Assembly: GCA_963806225.1 (NCBI GenBank)
Contig: CAWDXG010000001.1
Location: 736,001-800,000, forward strand
Reading direction: 5' to 3'
Source of the DNA: an uncultured delta proteobacterium
GTDB taxonomy: Bacteria; Myxococcota_A; Polyangia; Polyangiales; Polyangiaceae
DNA length: 64,000 nt
Within the stretch, counting starts at the first letter, position 1. Every line of letters starts with the position of its first letter. The position numbers were made by a program, and so were the translations under genes. This document shows positions 9,444-19,403 of this stretch, piece by piece. The notes under the pieces are model-generated. The model did not search any database. It was not told the origin of the DNA and saw only the letters and a program-made list of their open reading frames with translations.

Positions 9444-10370
9444 TCAGAATGCGTACCTGAACACCCCCCGATACGTCGGGCCGAGCTCTTGCTGGCCGTT
9501 CAAGTGGGTGTAGACGGGGATCTCGACGCGGGCCGAAAACCACAGCTTTCCGGCAACCTGCGCCAGCAGGCCGGGGCTCGCCTGGACCACGAGCCCACCG
9601 GTATTGATCTGCTGGTTGCCGTCCTGCGCGTCGTGCAGCTCGTAGTGGTCGTTGGTGCCAAGCTCGAAGGCCAGCTCATTCCATGGCCGGTACTGCAAGG
9701 CAGCGCTCCACAGGAGCGAGCTGCCGTAGCGGTAGCCGAAGTCATTGGTCGTGAACGTGCGCCCGATCACGCTTACGGAGAAGTTCCACGGGTCCTCGTG
9801 GAATGCGTACGTGAGACCCGCGTAGGGACCGAACGCGCCACGTCCGAGCTGGGCGTGCTCGTCGAGGCGCTCGCCATCCGCCTTCGAGTCATTGGGTCCG
9901 GTGGGGAACGCACTGCCGGCCGAGAGCGCCAGCTCCTGCCGGCTCTCCGCGGAGAAATCGATCGTGTCCAGCAGGAAATAGCGTGCTCCTAGCTGCCCAT
10001 CTCCGAGGCCCCAGAGCGTGTGCGACTCGCTCGCGATGTTGCTGCCCGTCGCGCTGTACAGATTGCGTTGGAGCGGAAGATCCGCCACCAGGTTCAACTT
10101 CCGGAGCGGTGAATAGACCAGCGTGGGCGTGAGCTGGAGCCGCGCGAGGCGCTCGGTGACGAGCGGGTCGTCGTCGCTCCGCGCCGACGCGGTCACCGCG
10201 CTGACGGACAGCGCCGCGCGCAGCGCACCCGCGCTCGGCGCGGAGTTTTCGGCGGAGACGAGCGGGTCGTCCGACCCGCAGATGGAGCAGGCCTTGGCTG
10301 GCCGTGCGGCCAGAAGCGCTGCGAGACCGCACAGCAGGCACGGGGTGAAAAGCTGGAGACAGTGGCGCAT
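9444..10370 (-). CDS. Putative outer-membrane beta-barrel transporter with N-terminal CxxC
   Basis: Signal peptide ending AKA-CSICG, GLGD and QLGRG motifs, amphipathic strands, terminal Phe (FRYAF). Confidence 0.7.
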   Translation of the reverse strand: MRHCLQLFTPCLLCGLAALLAARPAKACSICGSDDPLVSAENSAPSAGALRAALSVSAVTASARSDDDPLVTERLARLQLTPTLVYSPLRKLNLVADLPLQRNLYSATGSNIASESHTLWGLGDGQLGARYFLLDTIDFSAESRQELALSAGSAFPTGPNDSKADGERLDEHAQLGRGAFGPYAGLTYAFHEDPWNFSVSVIGRTFTTNDFGYRYGSSLLWSAALQYRPWNELAFELGTNDHYELHDAQDGNQQINTGGLVVQASPGLLAQVAGKLWFSARVEIPVYTHLNGQQELGPTYRGVFRYAF

Positions 10371-10488
10371 TTCCGGGGAGCAGCCTATGCAGGCAAGCCC
10401 ACGCAAGCTAGCGCGCCTGTCCCGTCTGGAAATGCGGCAAAGCGTCGCACCGTGTCGATGGCTGGAATGGCAGCCTCGAGCAGCGTCC

Positions 10489-11412
10489 CTATTGCGGCGG
10501 CTTGACCGGTGCGCAGGTCGAGACGCCAGCTCCGACGATCTCGAACGCCACGCTGGACACCTGGGTCGTGGTGTTCTTCACGGGATCGAACTGGAACACG
10601 TCCGTGCTCGTTCCCGGGCCGACGAACAGCCAGAAGCTCCCTCCCCAGAACGCGAACGCGAAGTTCGACCCGTTGGGTGGGTACTGGATCGGACTCTGCG
10701 GCGCCTGCGACTTGATGTGCGCGGTGGTCTTGTTGATCTCGGCGACGATGTAGGGCGTGCCTTCGAACGCGCCGTACAGCCGACCGTCGCCGGTGCCCGT
10801 CATCTCCGCGCGGGACGACAGCTGGTCGTACGCTCCGATGCGCGTTAGCGAAAGCGACTGGGTGTCGATCGTGCCGAGCCCGCTCGACGGGCCCGAGAAG
10901 TCCGAGTTCGTGACGAAGAGGGTGTCCTGGTTGCTGTTCGGTCCGTTGGCGGAGAAGCCCATTCCGAACGTCGTGAAGCCCTGCTGCCCGGGCACGAAGC
11001 TCGTGGGAGTGCAGGCAGCGTTGCTCGTGTTGACCTTGTAGAGGTGCCCGTCCGTGAACACGACCCAGGCGTTGGCGTTGCGGTCGACGGCCATCGAGAA
11101 CGGCGTCGCGACGACGGTGCCGCAGTCCACCGTGCCGATGGTGGTGAACTGCAGCGACGGCGGGTCGAACTTGTACAGCTCGCCGTTGCCGTCGATGACG
11201 TAGACGAAGCGCGCTTCCGCAGCGCAGTTCGAGCTCGTTCCACCGCCGGACCCGCCGGTCGCCCCGAAGCCACCCGCCCCGCCGCTGCCGCCGAGCCCGA
11301 TCGAGCCGCCGGTGCCCGAGCCGCCGCTCCCGCTGTTCCTCGTGCCGGTTGCGGCGCTACATCCGAAGAGTCCCACCACCGACAGCACCGCCGCCCAACG
11401 AAGACCTGTCAT
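10489..11412 (-). CDS. Myxobacterial lipoprotein, putative beta-propeller
   Basis: Lipobox LFGC, Gly-rich linker, PFSMAVDR, FAFAFWGG and IVGAGVSTCAP motifs. Confidence 0.75.
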   Translation of the reverse strand: MTGLRWAAVLSVVGLFGCSAATGTRNSGSGGSGTGGSIGLGGSGGAGGFGATGGSGGGTSSNCAAEARFVYVIDGNGELYKFDPPSLQFTTIGTVDCGTVVATPFSMAVDRNANAWVVFTDGHLYKVNTSNAACTPTSFVPGQQGFTTFGMGFSANGPNSNQDTLFVTNSDFSGPSSGLGTIDTQSLSLTRIGAYDQLSSRAEMTGTGDGRLYGAFEGTPYIVAEINKTTAHIKSQAPQSPIQYPPNGSNFAFAFWGGSFWLFVGPGTSTDVFQFDPVKNTTTQVSSVAFEIVGAGVSTCAPVKPPQ

Positions 11413-11514
11413 GAATCGCGAGTGTAGCGGGTCGGCCGGCCGGCGCGCTACGGAAATTCTGGTAGTCACAGCATTTCAACCAGATGCGAGGCGCGCCGAT
11501 GGCGGGACGCGTGT

Positions 11515-12336
11515 CTACACGAAGAAATCCGGCATCAGCTCCGAGTCGGGCACGTTCGCGTACTTGCTGAAGTCGGTGACGCCAGCAGAGCGGAGGGTGT
11601 CCTCGTCGATGCAGTAGTTGCCGGTGAACTCGCGGCTCGGGCGAGTGAGGATGTAGTAGGCCGCGTCGGCCATGATTTCCGCCGTACGGCAGCGCTGGGT
11701 CGCCTCGTCGCCGCCCAGCAGGTTCTGGACCGCAGCCGTGGCGATCGCGGTGCGCGGCCACAGCGTGTTGAACGCGATGCCGTCGCTCTTGAACTCGTCC
11801 GCCATGCCGAGCGCGCACATGCTCATGCCGAACTTGGCCATGGTGTAGGCCACGTGGGGCGCGAACCAGCGAGCTTCCATGTTGAGTGGCGGCGAGAGGT
11901 TGAGCACGTGGGGGTTTTCCGCCTTCTTGAGGAAGGGGATGACCTTCTGCGAGCAGAGGAAGGTGCCGCGCGTGTTGACGTGATGCATCAGGTCGTAGCG
12001 CTTCATCGCTGTCTGCAGAGTGCCGGTCAGGTTGATGGCGCTGGCGTTGTTGACCAGGATGTCGATACCGCCGAAGGTGTCGACCGTGTTCTTCACCGCG
12101 GCCTCGACCTGATCCTCGAAGCGGATGTCGCAGATGCAGGCCAGGCCCTTGCCGCCGGCTGCGTTGATCTCCTCCACCGCCGTGTAGACGGTGCCGGGGA
12201 GCTTGGGGTGGGGTTCGGCCGTCTTGGCCACGACCGCCACGTTCGCGCCGTCCTTGGCGGCGCGCAGGCCGATCGCCTTGCCGATGCCGCGACTCGCGCC
12301 GGTGATGAAGAGCGTCTTTCCCTCGAGGTCTGCCAT
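11515..12336 (-). CDS. SDR oxidoreductase, HSDL2-like
   Basis: TGASRGIG, NNASAI and YTMAK motifs; RBS AGGAG. Confidence 0.92.
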   Translation of the reverse strand: MADLEGKTLFITGASRGIGKAIGLRAAKDGANVAVVAKTAEPHPKLPGTVYTAVEEINAAGGKGLACICDIRFEDQVEAAVKNTVDTFGGIDILVNNASAINLTGTLQTAMKRYDLMHHVNTRGTFLCSQKVIPFLKKAENPHVLNLSPPLNMEARWFAPHVAYTMAKFGMSMCALGMADEFKSDGIAFNTLWPRTAIATAAVQNLLGGDEATQRCRTAEIMADAAYYILTRPSREFTGNYCIDEDTLRSAGVTDFSKYANVPDSELMPDFFV

Positions 12337-12422
12337 GGCTTTCTCCTGTCGAGCGGGGCGGACCGTAGCACCAGGCGGGCGAGGGCGTCAGGCCGGGGAT
12401 CGCACCGGCCGCGCGCCGTGAT

Positions 12423-14711
12423 ATGCCGCCGGCATGTCATGGATTTCACGCCCTGCATGCGCTGGCAGCGCTCGCCTGTGTCGCGGGCTGCGGCGCCCCG
12501 CCGGCCCCCGTCGCGCCGCCAGCGGCCGCGCCGCCAGCGCCGGCAAGGACCGCGGTGCCTCTGCCGAAACCGCCTGTTTCGCAGGGCTACGTCGACCCCG
12601 GCGGGATGTGGATGCCGGGCCAGATGCGTATGCAGGCCAGGACCCTCCGGAAGCTCGGGCTCGCGTTCGATCCGGCGAAGCTCGACGACCCGCTCGCCTA
12701 TCCTCTGGGCGCCGTTGTCAGTCTCGGCGGCTGCTCGGCGTCCTTCGTGTCGCCCGATGGGCTCGTCATCACCAACCACCACTGCGTCACCGGCGCGCTC
12801 TCGTACAACTCGAAGCCCGGACAGGATCTGCTGAAGAACGGCTATCTCGCCAAGGACCGCGCCAGCGAGAAGTGGATCGGCCCGACCGGACGCGTGTTCG
12901 TGACGCAATCGTTCAAGGACGTGACCGACCAGGTGCGCACCGGGCTGGAGGGGCTTCTGGACGACCGGGAGCGCTGGCGCACGATCGAGCGACGCGAGAA
13001 GGCCCTGGTGGCCGACTGCGAGAAGGGGCGCCCCAGCGTCCGCTGCGAGACCGCGAGCTACTTCGGTGGCGCCCAGTACATGCTGATCACGCGGCTCGCG
13101 ATCAAGGACGTGCGGCTGGTCTACGCGCCCGCGTCGGGGATCGGCAACTTCGGCGGCGAGGTCGACAACTGGCGCTGGCCGCGGCACGCGGGCGAGTTCG
13201 CCTTCTACCGGGCGTACGTGGGAAAGGACGGCAAGCCCGCCGAGCATTCCGCTGACAACGTGCCCTACAAGCCGAAGCAGTTCCTGAAGATCGCGGACAA
13301 GCCGCTCCGGACCGGCAGCCTTGTGTTTGTGGCCGGCTATCCGGGCCGCACCTACCGCAACAAGACCGCTGCGGAACTGCACGAGGCCGTCGACTGGTGG
13401 TACCCGCGACGCATCCGCCTGTGCACCGACTACATCGCCGTGATGACCGGGATCGGCAAGCAGGACGAGGACGCGCGGCTGAAGGGGACGCCGCTTCGGC
13501 GCGGGCTCAGCAACGTCCTGACCTACACGCGCGGCGCACTGGCCGGTTTGACGAAGGGTGGTGCTGCGGCGAAGAAGGACCAGCGCGAGAAAGAGCTGGA
13601 GCAGTGGATGCAGGCTGACCCGAAGCGGAGAGCCGCATACGGCGACGTGCTGTCGCGCATGCACATGGTGTTCGCGAAGCGCGAGAAGACCCGCGACGGC
13701 GATGCCGCGCTGGACGAGATGACGTGGTCCTCGAAGCTATTGGATGCCGCGCTGACCATCGTCCACAACGCCGAGGAGCGGCAGAAGCCCGACGCCGAGC
13801 GCGAGGGGGGCTACCAGGAGCGCGACCAGGAGGACTTGATCCAGGCGCAGCAGGCGCTCGAAAAGCGCTATAGCGAAAAGCTCGACCGTGCGCTTCTGGT
13901 CGAGTCGGCGTTGCGCGCGGCGCAGCTGCCGGCAAAGGACGAAAAGCCGCTGCTGACGCCGCTCCTCGGCCGGCAGAAGCCGACCAATGAGCACATCCGG
14001 GTGGCCGTCGAAAAGCTGTACGAGGGCACGAAGCTCGGCGACACGCCGACGCGCGTGAAGCTCATGAAGAGCGCGAAGCTCTCCACGCTGCGCCGCAGCC
14101 GCGACCCGATGATCCGCCTGGCGCTCCGGCTTCGCCCGCTGCAGAAGGCGGAAAAGGACCGCGCCGACGCACGCAGGGGCGCGCTTTCGATGCTGCGTCC
14201 GCCGTACATCAAGGCTCTCCGCGATTCGACGCCGCATCCCCTCGCGCCGGATGCGAACAGCACGCTCCGCATCACCTACGGCACCGTGCGTGGCTACAGT
14301 CCAAAGCCGGGCGCACCCGTGTACTTGCCGTTCACGACCGCAGCGGGAGTCGTGAAGAAGAATACCGGAAAGGACCCGTTCGACGCGCCGGAGCGGCTGA
14401 TCGACGCGATCAAGCAGGGGAAGTTCGACGGCTACGAAAACCCCGAGCTGGGCACGCTGCCGGTGGATTTCCTGACGGACACGGACATCACCGGTGGCAA
14501 CTCCGGATCGCCGACGCTCGACGCCCAGGGTCACCTGGTCGGCCTCGCCTTCGACGGCAACTACGAGGCGATGGCGTCGGACTGGCTGTTCATGCCGGAC
14601 ATCACCCGCGCCATCCACGTCGATATCCGCTACGTGCTGTGGATCATGGCCCGTGTCGATCACGCCGATTGGCTGCTCGACGAGATGGGCGTCCGGCACG
14701 GCGCGAAGTAG
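12423..14711 (+). CDS. S46 family dipeptidyl peptidase
   Basis: GGMWMP, TNHHC, DNWRWPRH, PDANSTLR, DITGGNSGSP and FDGN motifs. Confidence 0.93.
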   Translation: MPPACHGFHALHALAALACVAGCGAPPAPVAPPAAAPPAPARTAVPLPKPPVSQGYVDPGGMWMPGQMRMQARTLRKLGLAFDPAKLDDPLAYPLGAVVSLGGCSASFVSPDGLVITNHHCVTGALSYNSKPGQDLLKNGYLAKDRASEKWIGPTGRVFVTQSFKDVTDQVRTGLEGLLDDRERWRTIERREKALVADCEKGRPSVRCETASYFGGAQYMLITRLAIKDVRLVYAPASGIGNFGGEVDNWRWPRHAGEFAFYRAYVGKDGKPAEHSADNVPYKPKQFLKIADKPLRTGSLVFVAGYPGRTYRNKTAAELHEAVDWWYPRRIRLCTDYIAVMTGIGKQDEDARLKGTPLRRGLSNVLTYTRGALAGLTKGGAAAKKDQREKELEQWMQADPKRRAAYGDVLSRMHMVFAKREKTRDGDAALDEMTWSSKLLDAALTIVHNAEERQKPDAEREGGYQERDQEDLIQAQQALEKRYSEKLDRALLVESALRAAQLPAKDEKPLLTPLLGRQKPTNEHIRVAVEKLYEGTKLGDTPTRVKLMKSAKLSTLRRSRDPMIRLALRLRPLQKAEKDRADARRGALSMLRPPYIKALRDSTPHPLAPDANSTLRITYGTVRGYSPKPGAPVYLPFTTAAGVVKKNTGKDPFDAPERLIDAIKQGKFDGYENPELGTLPVDFLTDTDITGGNSGSPTLDAQGHLVGLAFDGNYEAMASDWLFMPDITRAIHVDIRYVLWIMARVDHADWLLDEMGVRHGAK

Positions 14712-14731
14712 ACGCACCGCGTCGGGGTAGC

Positions 14732-15000
14732 TCAATCGCCGGCGCGCGCGACGATCTCGTGGATCTGCGTGCTGATGGCGTCGAGCAGCTGGTGCCGGTC
14801 GAGGGAGCTCTTCTCGATCACGCGTTGCACCCTGGTTTCAAGATCGCGGCGCTCCGAATCGTCCAGCATGCGCGCCGTGGCAACGATGACCGGCTACGAG
14901 CTCAACTTCAGTTCGTCGCGAACTGGCGGAAGAACTCGAAGCCGTCCATCACCGGCATCATCAGGTCCAGTACGACGCTGTCGGGCTCGTCGTCCGTCAC
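14732..15000 (-). pseudogene. Response-regulator receiver domain remnant
   Basis: PDSVVLDLMMPVMDGFEF, then stops and a frameshift, then PVIVATARMLDDSERRDLETRVQRVIEKSSLDRHQLLDAI*. Confidence 0.7.
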
Positions 15001-15004
15001 GCGC

Positions 15005-15250
15005 GAAAGTCGGACTTGTCGGCGCCCGAGGCCGCGAGGAAGGAGCCGAGCTTGCCCGCTTCGCCCTTCACGTCGAGCCCGGCGTTCTTGTTCTGCAAAA
15101 CGTCGATGTTCGTGCCCCAGGCCGAGGCGTGCAGGCCGACCTTCGCCTTGGGAGCGTATTTCCGCACCATCGAGATCATGCATCGTCCCATGCCGGCGAT
15201 GCTGTTCTCCTGCCCGCCGCCATGTTGGTAGTTTCGCCGAGCGCCGCTGC
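15005..15250 (-). pseudogene. Internal fragment of an unrelated protein
   Basis: Protein-like stretch ENSIAGMGRCMISMVRKYAPKAKVGLHASAWGTNIDVLQN...GADKSDF with coding-type codon usage but no start; abuts the receiver remnant. Confidence 0.5.
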
Positions 15251-15315
15251 GGCGCAACTGCTTTCCCCGTCGCGCTCGACGCGCTCTGTAGCGAGTGATA
15301 ACGCTGGTCGTCACC

Positions 15316-16881
15316 GTGGCCGCCAAGAAACAGACCAAACGCACCCACCAGCGTCGACGCATCCAGGTCCGACCGCTCAAGAGCTCGGACTACGAGGCCG
15401 TCACCGAGCTACAGCTCAAGTGTTTTCCGGGAATGAAGCCGTGGGCACGCGAGCAGTTCGAGAGCATGCTCGCGACCTTTCCCGAAGGGCAGATCTGCGT
15501 TGTCGCGAACGGCAGGCTGGTCGCCTCGTCCAGCAGCCTGATCGTCGATTTCGATCTGTACTCCGAGTGGCACAACTGGGCGGAAATCGCGGACAACGGC
15601 TACATCCGCAACCACGATCCGAAGGGCGACACGCTCTACGGTATCGAGATCATGGTCGACCCCGAGAGCCGCGGCTACCGGCTGTCGCGCCGTCTGTACG
15701 ACGCCCGCAAGGACCTCGCGCGCGAAAATAACCTGGCGCGCATCATCATCGGCGGGCGCATCCCTGGCTACCACAAGCACGCCAAGGAGATGGGCGCCCA
15801 GGACTACGTCGACGAGGTCATCGCCAAAGCGCTGTACGACCAGGTGCTGACCGCGCAGCTGGCCAACGGTTTCGAGCTGCAGCGGCTGATTCCGGACTAT
15901 CTGCCCAGCGACAAGGAGTCGATGGGCTACGCGACGTTCCTCGAGTGGACGAACTTCGACTACCAGCCCGCCGAGCGCCGCCGTTTCCGCGCCGTCGAGA
16001 TCGTGCGCATCGCCGTGGTGCAGTACCAGATGCGCACCGTCGCATCGTTCGAGGACTTCGCCACGCAGTGCGAGTACTTCGTCGACGTTGCGGCCGACAG
16101 CCAGTCGGACTTTGTCGTGTTCCCGGAGCTCTTCACCACGCAGCTCCTGTCACTCAATCCGGGGCTTCGGCCGGGGCTTGCGGCGCGAAAGCTGGCCGAG
16201 TTCACGCCCCAGTACGTCGACCTGTTCAACCGGCTCGCCATCAAGCACAACGTCAACATCATCGGCGGCTCGCATTTCTCGGTCGAGGACGAGACGCTCT
16301 ACAACATCTCCTATCTCTTCCAGCGCGACGGGCGCATCGGAAAACAGTACAAGCTGCACATCACACCGGCGGAGCGACGCTGGTGGGGCGTCGAGCCCGG
16401 GACCACTGTCCGCGTCTTCGACACCGACTGCGGCAAGATCGCCATCCTGGTCTGCTACGACGTGGAATTTCCCGAGGTGGTGCGCATCGCCGCCAAAAAG
16501 GGCGCACACGTGCTGTTCGTGCCGTTCAACACGGACGACCGCTACGGCTATCTCCGGGTCCGCTACTGCGCGCAGGCGCGCTGCATCGAAAACCACGTCT
16601 ACGCCGTGGTGGCAGGCTGCACCGGCAACCTGCCGTTCGTGGAAAACGCGGACGTTCACTACGCGCAGTCGGCCATCTTCACGCCGTCGGACATTCCGTT
16701 CAGTCGTGACGGCGTCGCGGCGGAGTGCACGCCCAACATCGAGACGGTACTGGTGCACGACGTGGACATCGAGCTGCTCCGCCGCCACCGCTACGACGGC
16801 ACCACGCAGAACTGGAGCGATCGTCGCCGCGACCTGTACCAGGTCCGCTACAACGACGAGGGCGAGGCGCGCGAGGTGTAG
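15316..16881 (+). CDS. GNAT acetyltransferase / carbon-nitrogen hydrolase fusion
   Basis: N-terminal GNAT ([24 protein letters not shown]); nitrilase triad FPE / YKLH / CYDVEFPE. Start is 15295 or 15316. Confidence 0.92.
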   Translation: MAAKKQTKRTHQRRRIQVRPLKSSDYEAVTELQLKCFPGMKPWAREQFESMLATFPEGQICVVANGRLVASSSSLIVDFDLYSEWHNWAEIADNGYIRNHDPKGDTLYGIEIMVDPESRGYRLSRRLYDARKDLARENNLARIIIGGRIPGYHKHAKEMGAQDYVDEVIAKALYDQVLTAQLANGFELQRLIPDYLPSDKESMGYATFLEWTNFDYQPAERRRFRAVEIVRIAVVQYQMRTVASFEDFATQCEYFVDVAADSQSDFVVFPELFTTQLLSLNPGLRPGLAARKLAEFTPQYVDLFNRLAIKHNVNIIGGSHFSVEDETLYNISYLFQRDGRIGKQYKLHITPAERRWWGVEPGTTVRVFDTDCGKIAILVCYDVEFPEVVRIAAKKGAHVLFVPFNTDDRYGYLRVRYCAQARCIENHVYAVVAGCTGNLPFVENADVHYAQSAIFTPSDIPFSRDGVAAECTPNIETVLVHDVDIELLRRHRYDGTTQNWSDRRRDLYQVRYNDEGEAREV

Positions 16882-16906
16882 GTATCACCCCGCGCGCCGC
16901 TCACGC

Positions 16907-17761
16907 CTATCCGCAGATACCGCCCTTGCACTTGCCGCCGTTCGGGCAATCGCCGTTCTCGGCGCACTGTGCGCAGTGGTCTTGGTGCCAGCAGAAGGGC
17001 AACGCGGCGTCCTTGCAGTCGGTGTTCGAGATGCAGGTGACGCAGTGCCCTTCGTTCGTGCACAGCGGCTGGGCCGCCGGGCAGTTGGTGTTCGCCAGAC
17101 ACTGGCGGCAGTCGCCGCTCTGCGTGTCGCAGAACGGATGCGCGCTGTCGCAGTTGGCGTTGCTCGTGCAATAGGGATGGCAGTGGTGGTCTTTGTCGCA
17201 GCGTGAGCCGGCGCCGCAGTTCGCGTCGACCAGACACTGGACGCAATCGCCGTTCTGGACGTTGCAGACCGGTGCGGCCGCGCCGCAGTCCGTGTTGGCC
17301 AGGCAGGACACGCACTGACCGCGAGTGGGATCGCAGAGCGGTTCGCCGCCTCCGCAGTCGGTGTTCGTGAGGCAGCCGACGCAAGCGCCCGTCTTGGTGT
17401 CGCACAGCGCCTGGCCCGGGTCGGTGCAGTCGCCGTTGGCGCTGCAGGCCGGATGGCAGGTGAAGTCCCGCGGATAGCAGGCCTGGCCCGTCGCGCAGTC
17501 GGCGGTCGTGCCGCAGCGCTGGCAGTGGCCGACCACGCAGATGGGGTCCGCGGCGCCGCAGTCTGCATTGGTCCTGCACTGCACGCAGCCGAGCGACGCG
17601 CTGCACAGCGTCTGGCAGGTGTGGCCGGAGACCGTGCAGCCGCCGCCTCCTGGGCCGCCGGGTCCGTTGCTGCCACTGCCGCTGCTGCCGCAGGAAGCCG
17701 CGGCGAGGGCGAGGGGAACCAGGAACAACGCGGCGCGCAATCGAGTCACAAGCTTCAGCAT
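16907..17761 (-). CDS. Cys-rich repeat lipoprotein
   Basis: Lipobox AASC; repeated CVxCxxNxDC...PxCD units. Confidence 0.8.
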   Translation of the reverse strand: MLKLVTRLRAALFLVPLALAAASCGSSGSGSNGPGGPGGGGCTVSGHTCQTLCSASLGCVQCRTNADCGAADPICVVGHCQRCGTTADCATGQACYPRDFTCHPACSANGDCTDPGQALCDTKTGACVGCLTNTDCGGGEPLCDPTRGQCVSCLANTDCGAAAPVCNVQNGDCVQCLVDANCGAGSRCDKDHHCHPYCTSNANCDSAHPFCDTQSGDCRQCLANTNCPAAQPLCTNEGHCVTCISNTDCKDAALPFCWHQDHCAQCAENGDCPNGGKCKGGICG

Positions 17762-17889
17762 CGAAGACCTCCAGGCGGTGAGTGGTGCCATGCCACGTCC
17801 ATTATCGAGTACGTTCCGCCCGCCCGGCCGGCTCGGCCCCGCTCGAGCGATCATGCCACGACCGCGCTGCCTGGCCTAGACTGGCGCCG

Positions 17890-18369
17890 ATGGTGCGGAT
17901 CTGTTTCGTATGTCTCGGCAACATCTGCCGCTCGCCCACGGCCGAAGGCGTGATGCGCCACCTCGTTCGCGAGGCCGGGCTGGGAGGCCGGATCGAGATC
18001 GACAGCGCCGGCACCGCCGCCTACCACGCGGGCGAGTCGCCGGACCGGCGCGCCACGCTGACCGCGCGCCGGCGCGGCATCGAGCTCTCCGGTCGCGCGC
18101 GGCAGTTCAAGTCCGGCGACTGGGAGCGCTTCGACTACGTGCTGGCGATGGATACCTCGAACCTGCGCGATCTCGACGCCTCGGCGCCGTCGAGCGCAGC
18201 GCGCGAGAAGCTCTCGCTGCTGCGCTCGTTCGATCCGGAGTCTCCTCCGGACGCCAGCGTGCCGGATCCGTACTACGGCGGCGATGCGGGCTTCGACGAG
18301 GTGCTCGACCTGTGCGAGGCGGCGTGCCGCGGGCTGCTCGAGCACATCCAGAAGGAGCACGCATCGTAG
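17890..18369 (+). CDS. Low-molecular-weight phosphotyrosine phosphatase
   Basis: VCLGNICRSP P-loop and DPYY motif. Confidence 0.95.
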   Translation: MVRICFVCLGNICRSPTAEGVMRHLVREAGLGGRIEIDSAGTAAYHAGESPDRRATLTARRRGIELSGRARQFKSGDWERFDYVLAMDTSNLRDLDASAPSSAAREKLSLLRSFDPESPPDASVPDPYYGGDAGFDEVLDLCEAACRGLLEHIQKEHAS

Positions 18370-19233
18370 ATGGACGAGGCGCTTCGTACTGCCGTCGCCG
18401 GGGCGCTGGGTGCAGATGTGACGCGCACCTCGCGTCTCGGCGGCGGCGACATCAACGAGGCGTTCTCGGTGGAGCTGTCCGACGGGCGCCGCGTTTTCAT
18501 CAAGACCAACGCCACCGCGGACCGGGCCATGTTCCCCGCGGAAGCGCGCGGACTCCGCTGGCTCGCCGAAGCGCGCGCGCTGCGCATCCCCGAAGTGCTG
18601 GCCGTGTCCGGTGGCGATCACCCCGCGTTCCTCGCGCTCGAGTACCTGGACAGCGCGCGACCCCGCAAGGGCTTCGACGAGGAGCTCGGTCGCGCCCTCG
18701 CCGCGCTGCACCGCTTCGGCGCGCCCGGCTTCGGCCTGGACCACGACAACTTCATCGGGCGCCTGCCGCAGGACAACACGCCCGCCGACAGCTGGCCGGA
18801 CTTCTACGCCCGGGCGCGCCTCGGCGCCCAGCTCCAACTCGCGCAGGAAAACGGCCTCGCCGACCCCGCGCTCGCCCGCCGCTTCGACCAGCTCTTCGCG
18901 CGCCTCGACGATCTCGCCGGCCCAGCCGAGCCGCCCGCGCGCCTGCACGGCGATCTGTGGGGCGGAAACCTGCACATCGACGACCAGGGCGCGCCGTGCC
19001 TCATCGACCCCGCCGTCTACGGCGGCCACCGCGAGATGGACCTTGCCATGATGAAGCTCTTCGGCGGCTTCGGTGATCGTGTGTTCGCCGCCTATGAAGA
19101 GGCCTACCCGCTCGCTCCCGGCCACGCCGACCGCGTCCCGCTCTACCAGCTCTATCCCCTCATGGTGCACGTCAACCTGTTCGGCCGTGGCTACCTCGGC
19201 TCCGTCGAACGCGCGCTGTCGCGGTACGTGTAG
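18370..19233 (+). CDS. Fructosamine/ribulosamine kinase family protein
   Basis: GGGDIN, LHGDLWGGN and IDPAVYGGHREMDLAM motifs. Confidence 0.93.
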   Translation: MDEALRTAVAGALGADVTRTSRLGGGDINEAFSVELSDGRRVFIKTNATADRAMFPAEARGLRWLAEARALRIPEVLAVSGGDHPAFLALEYLDSARPRKGFDEELGRALAALHRFGAPGFGLDHDNFIGRLPQDNTPADSWPDFYARARLGAQLQLAQENGLADPALARRFDQLFARLDDLAGPAEPPARLHGDLWGGNLHIDDQGAPCLIDPAVYGGHREMDLAMMKLFGGFGDRVFAAYEEAYPLAPGHADRVPLYQLYPLMVHVNLFGRGYLGSVERALSRYV

Positions 19234-19403
19234 CTCCGGAGCGCTTCGCGCGCGCCCTGCCTGAATCGGGGTCAGAGACAACCCTGCTAGAGCGCGGGAT
19301 CGAGCTGCTCTCGCCCGGGATCGGGCATGGTCGCCGGGCGTGGATGCGTGTACGGTGTTATCGACGGAGTCGGATCCGTCTCTTCGACGTTCGAGGACGA
19401 AAA

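Noticed and set aside
16907..17761. Cys-rich ORFs as RiPP precursors or multiheme cytochromes
   Set aside because: They carry lipoboxes or disulfide-type repeats, lack repeated CxxCH motifs, and are far from the YcaO operon.
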